Part shown: in pieces, positions 8,904 through 18,433 of the stretch
Layout of the letters: each line of letters begins with the position of its first letter
Numbering within the stretch: the first letter of the stretch is position 1
Assembly (NCBI GenBank): GCA_963725395.1
Contig: CAVRYH010000013.1
Span: 163,720-227,719 of the forward strand
DNA: 64,000 nt
Source: an uncultured Acidimicrobiales bacterium
Lineage (GTDB): Bacteria; Actinomycetota; Acidimicrobiia; Acidimicrobiales; RAAP-2
Reading direction: 5' to 3'
Position numbers and translations under genes: made by a program
The notes under the pieces: generated by a model
Told to the model about the DNA's origin: nothing
Seen by the model: the letters and a program-made list of their open reading frames with translations, nothing else
The model's database searches: none

Positions 8904-9698
8904 TCACGACAGTCGTCGGATGGCGGCCTCGGCCTGGCCGCGGTAGCCACCCCCGAAGAGCACGGTGTGCACCAGCAGCGGGACGAGCCGGAAGAGGCCC
9001 ACCCGCTGCTCCCAGCCGGACGAGAGCGGACGCGCCTCCGAGTAGGCGCCGAGGGTGGCGTCGGGGACCGGCCCGAACAGTCCCAGCATGGCCAGGTCCT
9101 CCTCGGGGTGGCCTCCGTGCGCCGACGGGTCGATGAGCCATGGCCGACCGTCTGCGCCCCACAGCACGTTGCCCCACCACAGGTCACCGTGGACCAGGGC
9201 GGGACCACCGGGAGCGAGCAGCTCGCCGACCCGGTCCAGCACCGGTTCGATCTGACGGTCCAGTCCACAGCGCACCGCCAGCTCCGACAGACGGGACCGG
9301 TAGAAGTCGGCACCGTCGGGATGGACGGACGGGTCGACGGGGCACGCGCCGATCCACGACGAGCCGCCCCCCCAGCGCGGCCATGGCCCGCCGTGCAGCG
9401 CGGCCAGCATCCGGCCCAGCGCCTCGTCGTGTGCCGAGGTCCGAGGTCCCTGCTCCACCCAGCGGGTCACCAGGAGGTCGGGCTCGGCCATCAGGACCTC
9501 GGGGACGGGTGGCGCCCCATGGCGAGCGGCGAGCTCGACGAGCCCCTCGGCCTCGTCGACGGCACCGGGCCCCACCTTCACGACCACGTCCGCATCGGCG
9601 GAGGACAGTCTCCATACCCGGCCGGCGAGGGGACGGGGGGCCGCGACCGGGCCGATCGCCCGGGCCACCCGGGCCTGCCAGCTACCGGTCGGGGCCAC
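8904..9698 (-). CDS. fructosamine/ketosamine kinase family protein
   Basis: LVHGDLWWGNVLW...LIDPSAHGGHPEEDLAML is the characteristic catalytic region of the fructosamine-3-kinase family. Confidence 0.75.
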   Translation of the reverse strand: MAPTGSWQARVARAIGPVAAPRPLAGRVWRLSSADADVVVKVGPGAVDEAEGLVELAARHGAPPVPEVLMAEPDLLVTRWVEQGPRTSAHDEALGRMLAALHGGPWPRWGGGSSWIGACPVDPSVHPDGADFYRSRLSELAVRCGLDRQIEPVLDRVGELLAPGGPALVHGDLWWGNVLWGADGRPWLIDPSAHGGHPEEDLAMLGLFGPVPDATLGAYSEARPLSSGWEQRVGLFRLVPLLVHTVLFGGGYRGQAEAAIRRLS

Positions 9699-9903
9699 GG
9701 CGACGTGCCCCGTCGGCGGGCAGGCCGCCCATCGCTCGGGTGAACGTCACCGGGCGGTGGGCGCAGGGACGAACGGACCAGTCACCGGCTCATTGTGCCA
9801 GCCTCGGCCCTTCCCGGCGTCGGGATCGCATTCGGGGTGGCTCGCACACCGAGGGCCGGTGTGGACCCGCCCGCCGGACAGGCCGTGCCCTCCGTGCTAG
9901 AGA

Positions 9904-10680
9904 GTGGTCGTGATCACCACCGTGCGCCAGGGTCCCGTGGCGGTCGTCACCATGGACCGGCCCGAGGCCCGCAACGCCCTGACGGGGGCGATGATCCACG
10001 AGATGGCCTCCGCCTTCGACGAGTGCGACGCCGACGAGCAGGTGCGTGTGGTGGTGCTCACCGGCCGAGACCCGGCCTTCTGCGCGGGACTCGACCTGAA
10101 TGACCTGTCCCGGACCTACGACGAGGTCGGGTCCGCCGGCGGAGCGGGCTCTCCGGGTCGGCGGGTGGCGTTCCCCCGTCCGGCCATCCCCCTCATCGGA
10201 GCGGTCAACGGGCCGGCGGTGACCGGGGGCCTGGAGCTGGCCCTCGGTTGTGACTTCCTCATCGCCTCGGACCGGGCCACCTTCGCCGACACCCACGCCC
10301 GGGTCGGTGTGATGCCGGCGGGAGGCCTCACCATCCGCCTCCCCCAACTGGTGGGGATCAACCGGGCCCGCCAGATGTCGATGACCGGTGACTTCGTCGA
10401 CGCGTCCAAGGCCCTCCAGTGGGGCCTGGTGAACGAGCTGGTGACCCACGACGACCTGCTGCCGCGGACGCTCGAGGTGGCTCGATCGGTGAGCGAGGTC
10501 GACCCGGACGCGGTCGCGGAGCTCCGGGCCATGTACGACGCACTCGCGCTGCGGTCGGACGAGGAGGCCTATGTGGAGGAGGCTCGGTGGTCGAGGCGGT
10601 GGATGAGGGACCGCTTCGATCCCGATGCGCTGTCGGCCCGGCGGGCGGGCATCATCGAGCGGGGGTCCGCCCAGCAGTGA
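9904..10680 (+). CDS. enoyl-CoA hydratase/isomerase (crotonase) family protein
   Basis: VAVVTMDRPEARNAL, VVLTG.DPAFCAGLDL and INGPAVTGGLELAL are canonical crotonase motifs. Confidence 0.85.
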   Translation: MVVITTVRQGPVAVVTMDRPEARNALTGAMIHEMASAFDECDADEQVRVVVLTGRDPAFCAGLDLNDLSRTYDEVGSAGGAGSPGRRVAFPRPAIPLIGAVNGPAVTGGLELALGCDFLIASDRATFADTHARVGVMPAGGLTIRLPQLVGINRARQMSMTGDFVDASKALQWGLVNELVTHDDLLPRTLEVARSVSEVDPDAVAELRAMYDALALRSDEEAYVEEARWSRRWMRDRFDPDALSARRAGIIERGSAQQ

Positions 10681-10706
10681 GGTGAACGGGCCGGACCGCG
10701 CCCGCG

Positions 10707-11360
10707 TTACGGTCGACCGGGCTGCAGGGGCAAGGAGAAGCGCCGGCGGATGGCGGCCTGGACCTCTTCGATCGACCGGGTGGCGTCGAAGGTGGCCACG
10801 AACTCCTTGCGTTCGAAGATCTCGATGAGGGGCTTGGTCTCCTCGTGGTACTGGGCCAGCCGCACGGCCAACGCTTCGGGGTTGTCGTCGTCGCGGGCGA
10901 CCAGCGCACCACCGCAGACGTCACAGGTGTCCGGCGTCTCCGGTCGTTGCCCGATGAGGTTGTAGTCCAGCCCGCACTGGGAGCAGAGGCGCCTGGCCAG
11001 CACCCGGCGGACGACGTCCTCGTCTGGGAGGTGCAGGTTGATGACGCCGTCGATGTCGTAGCCCTCGAGGAAGAACTCAGCCTGACGGGCGTTGCGGGGG
11101 AAGCCGTCGATGATGAAGCCGTAGTTCCAGTCGTGCTCGGCCAGCCTCGTCTTGACCACCGCTTCGACCAGGTCGTCGTCGACCAGCCGTCCGCTGGCCA
11201 TGATGCGCTTGACCTGGGCCCCGAGCTTGGTGTGGTGCTGGACGTTCCAGCGGAAGATGTCGCCCACGCTGATGTGCTCGAGCTGGAAGTCAACGGCCAG
11301 CAGCTTCGCCTGGGTGCCCTTCCCGCTTCCCTGGATGCCCATGATGATGTACTTGCGCAC
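10707..11360 (-). CDS. adk: adenylate kinase (long form with Zn-lid CxxC..CxxC)
   Basis: It has the P-loop GIQGSGKGTQA, GFIIDGFPRN and the lid CSQCG...CDVCGG. The start is a GTG at 11360. It sits 42 nt downstream of ppk2 on the same strand, not in a ribosomal-protein/secY context. Confidence 0.85.
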   Translation of the reverse strand: MRKYIIMGIQGSGKGTQAKLLAVDFQLEHISVGDIFRWNVQHHTKLGAQVKRIMASGRLVDDDLVEAVVKTRLAEHDWNYGFIIDGFPRNARQAEFFLEGYDIDGVINLHLPDEDVVRRVLARRLCSQCGLDYNLIGQRPETPDTCDVCGGALVARDDDNPEALAVRLAQYHEETKPLIEIFERKEFVATFDATRSIEEVQAAIRRRFSLPLQPGRP

Positions 11361-11402
11361 GGGTGGATCAGCCGACCCTGCGCCGCCCGGACGGCAGAGG
11401 AC

Positions 11403-12275
11403 TCATCGCACCACGTACCGCTTCGGGACCCAGGTCTGACTGTCGATGGGTGGCCGCTGGTAGGAACGTTGCTGACGGGGGGGCAGCGCCACCTCCTCGT
11501 GGGGGACGGCGTCGTAGGGCACGATCTGCAGGAGATGGCTGATGATGTTGAGACGGGCCGCCTTCTTGTCGTCGGCGTCGACGACGAACCAGGGGGCTTC
11601 TTTGATGTCGGTGTAGGCGAACATCTCGTCCTTGGCCTCGGCATAGTCCACCCAGCGGGCGCGTGCCTCGAGGTCCATCGGGCTCAGCTTCCACCGCTTG
11701 CCCGGATTGTTGATCCGTTCTGTGAACCGGCGCTCCTGCTCCTCATCGCTCAGGGACAGCCAGTACTTGACCAGGATGATGCCGGAGCGCACGAGGGCCC
11801 GCTCGAGCTGGGGGCAGGTCCGGAAGAACTCCTCGTGCTCCTCTTCGGTGCAGAACTCCATGACCCGTTCTACCCCGGCCCGGTTGTACCAGCTGCGGTC
11901 GAACAGGACGATCTCGCCGGCCGCCGGGAGGTGGGCGATGTAGCGCTGGAAGTACCACTGGGTCCGCTCGCGCTCGGTCGGCGTCCCGAGGGCGACGACC
12001 CGGCAGTGCCGGGCATTGAGCCGTTCCATGATCCGCTTGATCGTCCCGCCCTTGCCGGCGGTGTCGCGGCCCTCGAAGATCACCATCACCCGCAGGCCCT
12101 CGTGGATGATCCACTCCTGCATCCGGACCAGCTCGATCTGGAGCCGTGCCAGCTCCTTCTCGTAGGCGGACCTGGACACCACGGTGGGGGCGGTTTCGTC
12201 CGATACGAACGCACCGGCCCCGGCGTGAGGGTGGTGACCGTTCCCCTGGTTTTCGGCGATGTCCTTGCTCATCAC
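11403..12275 (-). CDS. ppk2: polyphosphate kinase 2 (PPK2, single-domain)
   Basis: FEGRDTAGKGGTIKR (Walker A), FDRSWYNR and RW.LSP.D are PPK2 signatures. The start is the GTG at 12275 or the ATG at 12272. Confidence 0.9.
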   Translation of the reverse strand: MMSKDIAENQGNGHHPHAGAGAFVSDETAPTVVSRSAYEKELARLQIELVRMQEWIIHEGLRVMVIFEGRDTAGKGGTIKRIMERLNARHCRVVALGTPTERERTQWYFQRYIAHLPAAGEIVLFDRSWYNRAGVERVMEFCTEEEHEEFFRTCPQLERALVRSGIILVKYWLSLSDEEQERRFTERINNPGKRWKLSPMDLEARARWVDYAEAKDEMFAYTDIKEAPWFVVDADDKKAARLNIISHLLQIVPYDAVPHEEVALPPRQQRSYQRPPIDSQTWVPKRYVVR

Positions 12276-12368
12276 CTTGACGATCGTAGCGGGCGGCGGT
12301 CCGAACCCCCGAGCCCCGACCGGACACGGGGCCCTCGCGCCGCCGGTCCGGTGCTCGGGACTCGCGGC

Positions 12369-13943
12369 CTACAGCAGTGGGGGGACGATCGCCTCCACCA
12401 CGCTCGGGCCCGGGGTGGCGAGGGCCCGCGCCAGCTGATCGGCGAACTGGTCGGCCGAGCCGGCACGCGTGGCGTGCAGGCCGAGACCCTTGGCCAGGTG
12501 GACGAAGTCGATTGAGGGTCCGCCGAGATCGAGCATCTCGCGGGCGCGTGGGCCGGGCTTGTCCACCCCGACGCGGTCGAGCTCCATGTTCAGCACCGCG
12601 TACGAACCGTTGTTCAACAGGATGGTGGTGACATCGAGCCCCTCACGGGCCATGGTCCACCAGGCCTGCAGCGTATAGAGGGCACTGCCGTCCGACTCGA
12701 GCGCCACCACCCGCCGTTCCGGCGACGCCACCGCCGCGCCGAGTGCCACGGGCAGGCCCTGCCCGATGGCGCCGCCCGTGAGGCAGAGCCAGTCGTGCGG
12801 TGGACTCCCAGCCGTGGCTCCGGGAGCGAACAGGCCTGACGTGTTCCCTTCGTCGGAGACGATGGCACCCTCGGGCAGCAGGGCACCCAGAGCCTGGCAC
12901 ACGGCCTGGGCGGTGAGCGGGCCGGTCGGTAGGTCGGGAACCTCGGTACCGCCCCGGGCCGCCGTGCCGTCCCGCACACCCAGCAGACCCGCCAGTTCGA
13001 CCAGCGCCGCCGACGCGTCGTCCGACGGTCCCGCCACCCTGTGCACCGTGCAGCCGGTCGGGACCAGGTCGCTGGGCTTGCCGGGGTAGGCGAAGAACGA
13101 CACGGGCGACGCCGCATCCACCAGCACCAGATGGCGGATGCCCTCCAGCTGCATGGCGGCGAACTCGGCCAGGTAGGCCAGCCGGTCGACATTCGGTCGC
13201 CCCGCCCCGCGCTCGAGACGGCTAGGGAACGTCTCGCACAAGAAGGTGGCGCCGGTTGCGGACGCGATGTCGGCTGCGATGGCGAGGGACGCTCCGGTGC
13301 AGACCCGCCCTCCGATGAACAGGGCGGCCCGCTCCCCCGAACGGAGGGCGTCCGCCGCCGCAACGAGGGCCTCACTGTCCGGGGCGGCACCGCCCCGTCC
13401 GGTACCGACCGTCGGCGATCCGGTGGGCGGGACCACCTTGCCGCCCTCGGACCAGGACACGTCGGCGGGCAGGATCAGCGTGGCCACGGTGGCCGGCGGC
13501 CCGAGCGCCGCGGCCAGCGCGGCCACCGCGTCGTCGCCCAGCGCCGCGGTCGACTCGGAGGTGTGGACGAACGAGGACACGTTGCGGGCCACCGTCTCGA
13601 TGTCGGACTGCAACTGGGCGTCGTAGGGCCGGTGGGAGATGGCATGGTCCCCCACGATGTTGACGATTGGGCTCCGGGCCCGGCGTGCGTTGTGCAGGTT
13701 GGCCAGCCCGTTGCCGAGCCCGGGTCCCAGATGGAGCAGGGTTGCCGCTGGCCGTCCGGCCATACGGGCGTAGCCGTCGGCAGCGCCGGTGGCCACCCCT
13801 TCGAACAGCGCCAGCACGCTGTGCATGGCCGGTACCTCGTCCAGCTGGGCCACGAAGTGCATCTCCGAGGTGCCGGGGTTCATGAAGCAGGTGTCGACCC
13901 CGTGGTCGACCAGGGTGTGCATGAGCGCCTCGGCACCGATCAC
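12369..13943 (-). CDS. thiamine-diphosphate-dependent enzyme (acetolactate synthase / benzoylformate decarboxylase-like)
   Basis: Track ORF 12369..14198 was trimmed to the GTG at 13943, which overlaps the upstream stop as GTGA. The N-terminus GAEALMHTLVDHGVDTCFMNPGTSEMH and the ThDP-binding GAIGQGLP...ESDGSALY...LNN motif support the call. Confidence 0.8.
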   Translation of the reverse strand: MIGAEALMHTLVDHGVDTCFMNPGTSEMHFVAQLDEVPAMHSVLALFEGVATGAADGYARMAGRPAATLLHLGPGLGNGLANLHNARRARSPIVNIVGDHAISHRPYDAQLQSDIETVARNVSSFVHTSESTAALGDDAVAALAAALGPPATVATLILPADVSWSEGGKVVPPTGSPTVGTGRGGAAPDSEALVAAADALRSGERAALFIGGRVCTGASLAIAADIASATGATFLCETFPSRLERGAGRPNVDRLAYLAEFAAMQLEGIRHLVLVDAASPVSFFAYPGKPSDLVPTGCTVHRVAGPSDDASAALVELAGLLGVRDGTAARGGTEVPDLPTGPLTAQAVCQALGALLPEGAIVSDEGNTSGLFAPGATAGSPPHDWLCLTGGAIGQGLPVALGAAVASPERRVVALESDGSALYTLQAWWTMAREGLDVTTILLNNGSYAVLNMELDRVGVDKPGPRAREMLDLGGPSIDFVHLAKGLGLHATRAGSADQFADQLARALATPGPSVVEAIVPPLL

Positions 13944-15346
13944 CGGCGTGTCACCGTCGGGACGGGGTCGGTGGGCCGGAGCTCGAAGATCGTGCCCGGA
14001 TTCAGGATGCCACAGGGGTCGAAGGCCGACTTGATGCGGCGCATCAGGCCGAGCTTCACCGGGTCCTCCAGCTCGGCCAGGAACGTCAGCTTCAGGGTGC
14101 CGATCCCGTGCTCGCCGGAGATGGCGCCTCCCATCGACAATCCGGTGGTGATGATGGAGCGGAGCAGTTCGTGGCGCACCGCGGGGTCGGACTGCCACAC
14201 CGAGAGGTGGACGTTGCCGTCGCCGGCGTGTCCGCAGCCGATGACGAGGGACGACGTGGCCGCGGCCAGCCCTCCCACCGCCGTCAGGTAGGCGGGGATG
14301 GAGGCCCGAGGGACGACCACGTCGACGAGGTCGTCGGCCCCGTTGGCCTTCGACGCCCAGAACGCCCGCTCCCGAGCCTCGATCAACTGGGCGCCGGCCT
14401 GGTCGGGCAGCACGTAGACATCGAGCGCCCCGAGCTCGGCGATCTGGACGGCCAGGGCCTCCACGTCCTCGTCGAGCCGCTCGCGGTGGTGGTCCTCGAG
14501 CACGATCACCAGGTAGGCGAGGGCCTGGTCCCGGATGTCATCGGGTATCCCGAGGTCCATACCGGCCTGGGCCGTGATCCCGGCCATGGATACCAGGTCG
14601 ATGTACTCGACCAGGAGCGGGGCCATCCCGCTCGCCACGATGGGGGGGACCGCGGCGGCGATCTGTCCCACGGTGGCGAACGGGGCGAGCACCGTGGTGT
14701 GGTATTCCGGCCGCGGGTGGAGCCGCAGGATGGCCTCGGTCACGATCGCCAGGGTCCCCTCGGAGCCGACGATCAGCTGGGTCAGGTCGTAGCCGCTGGT
14801 GGACTTCACGAACTTGCCGCCGGAGGTGATGACCTCGCCGGTCCCGAGGACCGCCTCGAGGCCGAGCACGTGGTGCCGGGTCACGCCATACTTGACCGCC
14901 CTCATCCCGCCGGCGTTGGTGGCGACATTGCCTCCGAGGCTGGCCGACTGCTCACCGGGGAACACGGGGTACACGAGACGGTGGGGGACGAGGGCGGCGT
15001 CGAGCTCGGCGAGGGTGACCCCCGGCTGGACCACCGCGGTGTGGTTGTCGGTGTCGATCTCGAGGATTCGGTTCATCCGCTCGAGTGAGACCACCACACC
15101 CCCCGCGACCGGCGTGCAACCGCCCGACAGTCCGGTTCCCGAACCCCGTGGCGTGAGCGGGACCCCTCCGGCGGCCGCCGCCCGCACGATCGCTGCCACT
15201 TCGTCGGTGGCGGCCGGCCTGACCACGGCCCGGGGCCGCACGCCGACCGCCCCGAGGGCCTCGTCGTGGGTGACGTCGTCGCTCACGTCATCGCCCCGGT
15301 CGATGTGGGGGGCGCCGACGATGTCGGTGAGGAGGTCCTCGATCAT
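13940..15346 (-). CDS. FAD-linked oxidase (GlcD / D-lactate dehydrogenase-like)
   Basis: PRGSGTGLSGG, NAGGMRAVKYG, DLTQLIVGSEGTLAIVTEA and C-terminal GEHGIG are FAD_binding_4 / FAD-oxidase_C family motifs. Confidence 0.85.
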   Translation of the reverse strand: MIEDLLTDIVGAPHIDRGDDVSDDVTHDEALGAVGVRPRAVVRPAATDEVAAIVRAAAAGGVPLTPRGSGTGLSGGCTPVAGGVVVSLERMNRILEIDTDNHTAVVQPGVTLAELDAALVPHRLVYPVFPGEQSASLGGNVATNAGGMRAVKYGVTRHHVLGLEAVLGTGEVITSGGKFVKSTSGYDLTQLIVGSEGTLAIVTEAILRLHPRPEYHTTVLAPFATVGQIAAAVPPIVASGMAPLLVEYIDLVSMAGITAQAGMDLGIPDDIRDQALAYLVIVLEDHHRERLDEDVEALAVQIAELGALDVYVLPDQAGAQLIEARERAFWASKANGADDLVDVVVPRASIPAYLTAVGGLAAATSSLVIGCGHAGDGNVHLSVWQSDPAVRHELLRSIITTGLSMGGAISGEHGIGTLKLTFLAELEDPVKLGLMRRIKSAFDPCGILNPGTIFELRPTDPVPTVTRR

Positions 15347-15559
15347 CGACGTGCCCGGGAGGTCCGCCGGCCGAGCCCCGGGAGGCCCACCATCCCGCCC
15401 GCGCCGGTCCTCTCAAGGCTGACTCTGGTCACTCTGGTCATCCCGATCCCCTGTCGGACGGCGTCGGGGCCTACGCTACCGCCCGGGTGCGGGTCAGGGG
15501 CCCGTGACGGGGAATCCGACCGGATGGGCCTCGGAGGCGGGGCCGACAAAGGAGCCATC

Positions 15560-15982
15560 GTGACCAGTGAGGACAACAGACGACGGGTCCAGGAGTTCTG
15601 GGACGCCCTCTACCGCCGGGACTGGGAGGCCATCGCCTCGTTCTTCACCGACGGGAGCGAGTACACCGACGTCCCGTCCCCGGCCGATGACGTGGCCCAC
15701 GGCCCGGCACAGATCGTGGCCCGGTTGCGGTTGGGGCTGGAGCGGATCGCCGACTACGGGCACGAGTTGCGCCTGATGGTCGCCGAGGGCGACACCGTGG
15801 TCACCGAGCATTCGGAGACCTGGCACTGGCACACCGGCGAGGAGGTCACGCTGCCCTTCGTCTCCGTCCAGGAGCTCCGCGACGGCGCCATCATCCGGTG
15901 GTGGGACTACTGGGACCTCCAGACCCTGATGAATGCCGCTCCCGACTGGTGGATCGAGCACATCGCCCAGGGGTATACCTGA
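15560..15982 (+). CDS. SnoaL/NTF2-like (limonene-1,2-epoxide hydrolase-like) small protein
   Basis: The GTG at 15560 lies 6 nt after AAGGAG. The 140-aa product (NRRRVQEFWDALYRRDWEAIASFF..) shows the typical NTF2-like pattern. The longer track ORF from 15266 is Arg/Pro-rich upstream. Confidence 0.6.
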   Translation: MTSEDNRRRVQEFWDALYRRDWEAIASFFTDGSEYTDVPSPADDVAHGPAQIVARLRLGLERIADYGHELRLMVAEGDTVVTEHSETWHWHTGEEVTLPFVSVQELRDGAIIRWWDYWDLQTLMNAAPDWWIEHIAQGYT

Positions 15983-16010
15983 GCCACGTCCGGCAGGCCC
16001 CGACGGGCGG

Positions 16011-17693
16011 TCAGCTCTCGAAGCCGTAGACGCCCTGGGCGTACTCGTCGACCTTCGACGCGGGCAGCCGGAGCCGTATCGCCGTGTAATACACGACCAG
16101 GCTCCAGACGGCCACCACCAGCATGTCCCAGTAGAAGGGGATGTTCATCCGACCACCCTGGAACTGCCCGAAGTAGGAGATCAGGGTGAGACCGGCCAGA
16201 TAGGGCCACAACCAGATGGCCGCGGACCAGTCGAGTGGGGAGTGGACCGGATTGGCGTTGGTGATGCGTGACAGGCCCATCAAGAGGTAGCCGAGGACGA
16301 CGGCCACCATCAGCTTCCAGACCACGTCCCACCCGCTCCAGTAGATGATCAGGCTGGCCGAGACGAACGACGCCGGGCACAGGACGGTGGCCCACGGCAG
16401 GCGGTAGGGACGCTCGGCGTCGGGCTTCTCCAGCCGGAGGGCGCCGAGGGCGAGTGGCGCCCCGGCGTACATGAGCACGGTGGCCGAGGTGATGAAGCCG
16501 ACCAGTTTCTGCCAGCCGGGGAACGGGAGGAACAGGAGCAGGCCCATGAGGAAGGTGAAGATGAGCCCGAACACCGGGACGTTCGACTTCTTGGTGGTCT
16601 TCTCGAAGATGGACGGTACGTGTCCGTTCTTGCTCATGCCGAACGTGATGCGGCTGGTCGTCGTGGTGTAGATCAGTCCGGAGCCGGCCGGGGCAATGAT
16701 GGCGTCGGCGTAGAGGATGTAGGCCAGCCACCCGAGGCCCAGCCCCTTGGCCAGTCCGGCGAACGGGCCGAAGATGCCGGCGAAGGACAGGTTGGCCCAC
16801 CCGTGGGCCAGCGCGTCATGGGGCAGTGCACCGATGAACACCACCTGCAAGAGGATGTAGATGGTGGCACCGATGAGCATGGAGAAGATGACCGCCCGGG
16901 GCATGTCCCGTTGGGGGTTCCTGCTCTCACCGCCCAGCTGCACCGCCTGCTCGAAGCCGACGAGGGCGAAGACGGCCCCGCCGTCGCTCACCGCCCTCAG
17001 GACCCCGTGCAGGCCGTAGGGGGCGAAGCCCCCGGCCCGGGTGAAATTGGACGTGTCGAAGTGGGTGACGAAGAGGACGACGATGGTCAGGGTGGGGATG
17101 AGTACCTTCCAGGTGGTAATGGCGCTGTTGGCCCGGATCAGGTACCGCACGCCGAACAGGTTGGCCACCACGAAGAGGGCCATCATCACCGTGGCCACCA
17201 GGTAGCCGGTGGCCGAGAGCACCGGGGTGCCGTTGACCGTGTGGGTCAGGCCGTGCCAGTAGTTGGAGGTGTAGGTGATCGCCGCCTCGACCTCGATGGG
17301 GGCGGTCCCGACCGCCTGCAGCCACGAGAACCAGCCGAACGAGGCACCGGCGAGCCCTCCGAAGGCGTAGTAGGGGAAGCGGGTGGTTCCCCCGCTGACC
17401 GGGAACATCCCGCCGAGCTCGGCATGGACCAGCGCCAGCAGGATCACGGCCACGGACCCGATGAGCCAGGCGATGATGGCGGCCGGACCGCCGATGGTGG
17501 CGCACACCAACGCGCCGAACAGCCATCCCGACCCGATGATCGAGCCTTCGGAGGTCAGCAGCAGTCCGAAGAAGCCGACATTGCGGGTCAGGCCGTCGCC
17601 GGCGGTGGAGTCGGCGGTGTTGGCATCACCGACGGCTCTCTCTCCGGTCGGGATGGCCACCGCACCGTCGTCCATCCGCGACCTCCGTCTCAT
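16011..17693 (-). CDS. APC-superfamily amino acid/polyamine permease
   Basis: About 12 hydrophobic segments. GSIIGSGWLFG....GGPAAIIAWLIG is the N-terminal signature of the APC family. The start is uncertain (ATG at 17729, 17693 or 17675). Confidence 0.8.
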   Translation of the reverse strand: MRRRSRMDDGAVAIPTGERAVGDANTADSTAGDGLTRNVGFFGLLLTSEGSIIGSGWLFGALVCATIGGPAAIIAWLIGSVAVILLALVHAELGGMFPVSGGTTRFPYYAFGGLAGASFGWFSWLQAVGTAPIEVEAAITYTSNYWHGLTHTVNGTPVLSATGYLVATVMMALFVVANLFGVRYLIRANSAITTWKVLIPTLTIVVLFVTHFDTSNFTRAGGFAPYGLHGVLRAVSDGGAVFALVGFEQAVQLGGESRNPQRDMPRAVIFSMLIGATIYILLQVVFIGALPHDALAHGWANLSFAGIFGPFAGLAKGLGLGWLAYILYADAIIAPAGSGLIYTTTTSRITFGMSKNGHVPSIFEKTTKKSNVPVFGLIFTFLMGLLLFLPFPGWQKLVGFITSATVLMYAGAPLALGALRLEKPDAERPYRLPWATVLCPASFVSASLIIYWSGWDVVWKLMVAVVLGYLLMGLSRITNANPVHSPLDWSAAIWLWPYLAGLTLISYFGQFQGGRMNIPFYWDMLVVAVWSLVVYYTAIRLRLPASKVDEYAQGVYGFES

Positions 17694-17803
17694 CGGTCGC
17701 TCGCCGCGATTGCGGGGAACGACGCACACCGGTGGAAGGTGAAGCTACCGGAGCTCCTTCCCCCGCTCAAGCATCGTCCGTGCGGGGGGACCAGCCCTGG
17801 CGC

Positions 17804-18433
17804 TCAACCGGCCTGCTCGTGGGCAGTGATCCACTCGGGGAGGTGGGGTGCCTCGGCGCCGATGGTGGTCTCGTCCCCGTGTCCGGTGAGGGCCCTCGTG
17901 TCCGCCGGCAGCACCAGGAGACGGTCCCGGATGGAGGCGATGATGGTGGCGAAGTCGGAGAAGCTGCGCCCGGTGGCGCCCGGTCCCCCGTTGAACAGCG
18001 TGTCGCCGGTGAACACGACGGACCCCTCGGCATCGTGGAGGCAGCAGCCCCCGGGGGTGTGGCCTGGCGTGTGGAGGACCTCGAGGGTCACGCCACCTGT
18101 GGAGATCGACATCCCGTCGGACAGGGCGCCATCCGGGTTCCGGTCGGGGTAGACGTCGTGCCACAGCATCAGGTCGTCGGGGTGCAGCCAGACCGGCGCC
18201 CCCAGGGCGTCGGCCAGGGCGACGGCCGCGTTGATGTGGTCGTTGTGCCCGTGGGTGGCGATGATGGCGACGGTGTCGCGGCCGCCGACCGCCTCGGCGA
18301 TGGGACGGTGGTCGTGGGCCGCGTCGACCACCACCACCTGACGGTCGTCCCCCACGATCCAGATGTTGTTCTCCACCTCGAAGTCGGAGCCGTCCAACGA
18401 GAAGATCCCCGAGGTGACGACCCGTTCGATCAT
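17804..18433 (-). CDS. MBL-fold metallo-hydrolase (companion of mycothiol-dependent formaldehyde dehydrogenase)
   Basis: The ATG at 18433 overlaps the upstream stop as ATGA. It has ATHGHNDH (HxHxDH), HTPGHTPG and TGHG. This pairing with the class III ADH is common in Actinobacteria (established knowledge, from memory). Confidence 0.8.
   Translation of the reverse strand: MIERVVTSGIFSLDGSDFEVENNIWIVGDDRQVVVVDAAHDHRPIAEAVGGRDTVAIIATHGHNDHINAAVALADALGAPVWLHPDDLMLWHDVYPDRNPDGALSDGMSISTGGVTLEVLHTPGHTPGGCCLHDAEGSVVFTGDTLFNGGPGATGRSFSDFATIIASIRDRLLVLPADTRALTGHGDETTIGAEAPHLPEWITAHEQAG

Noticed and set aside
10845-12515. 556-aa plus-strand ORF
   Set aside because: It is antisense to adk and ppk2, both of which carry unambiguous catalytic motifs. 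Its composition is shadow-like.
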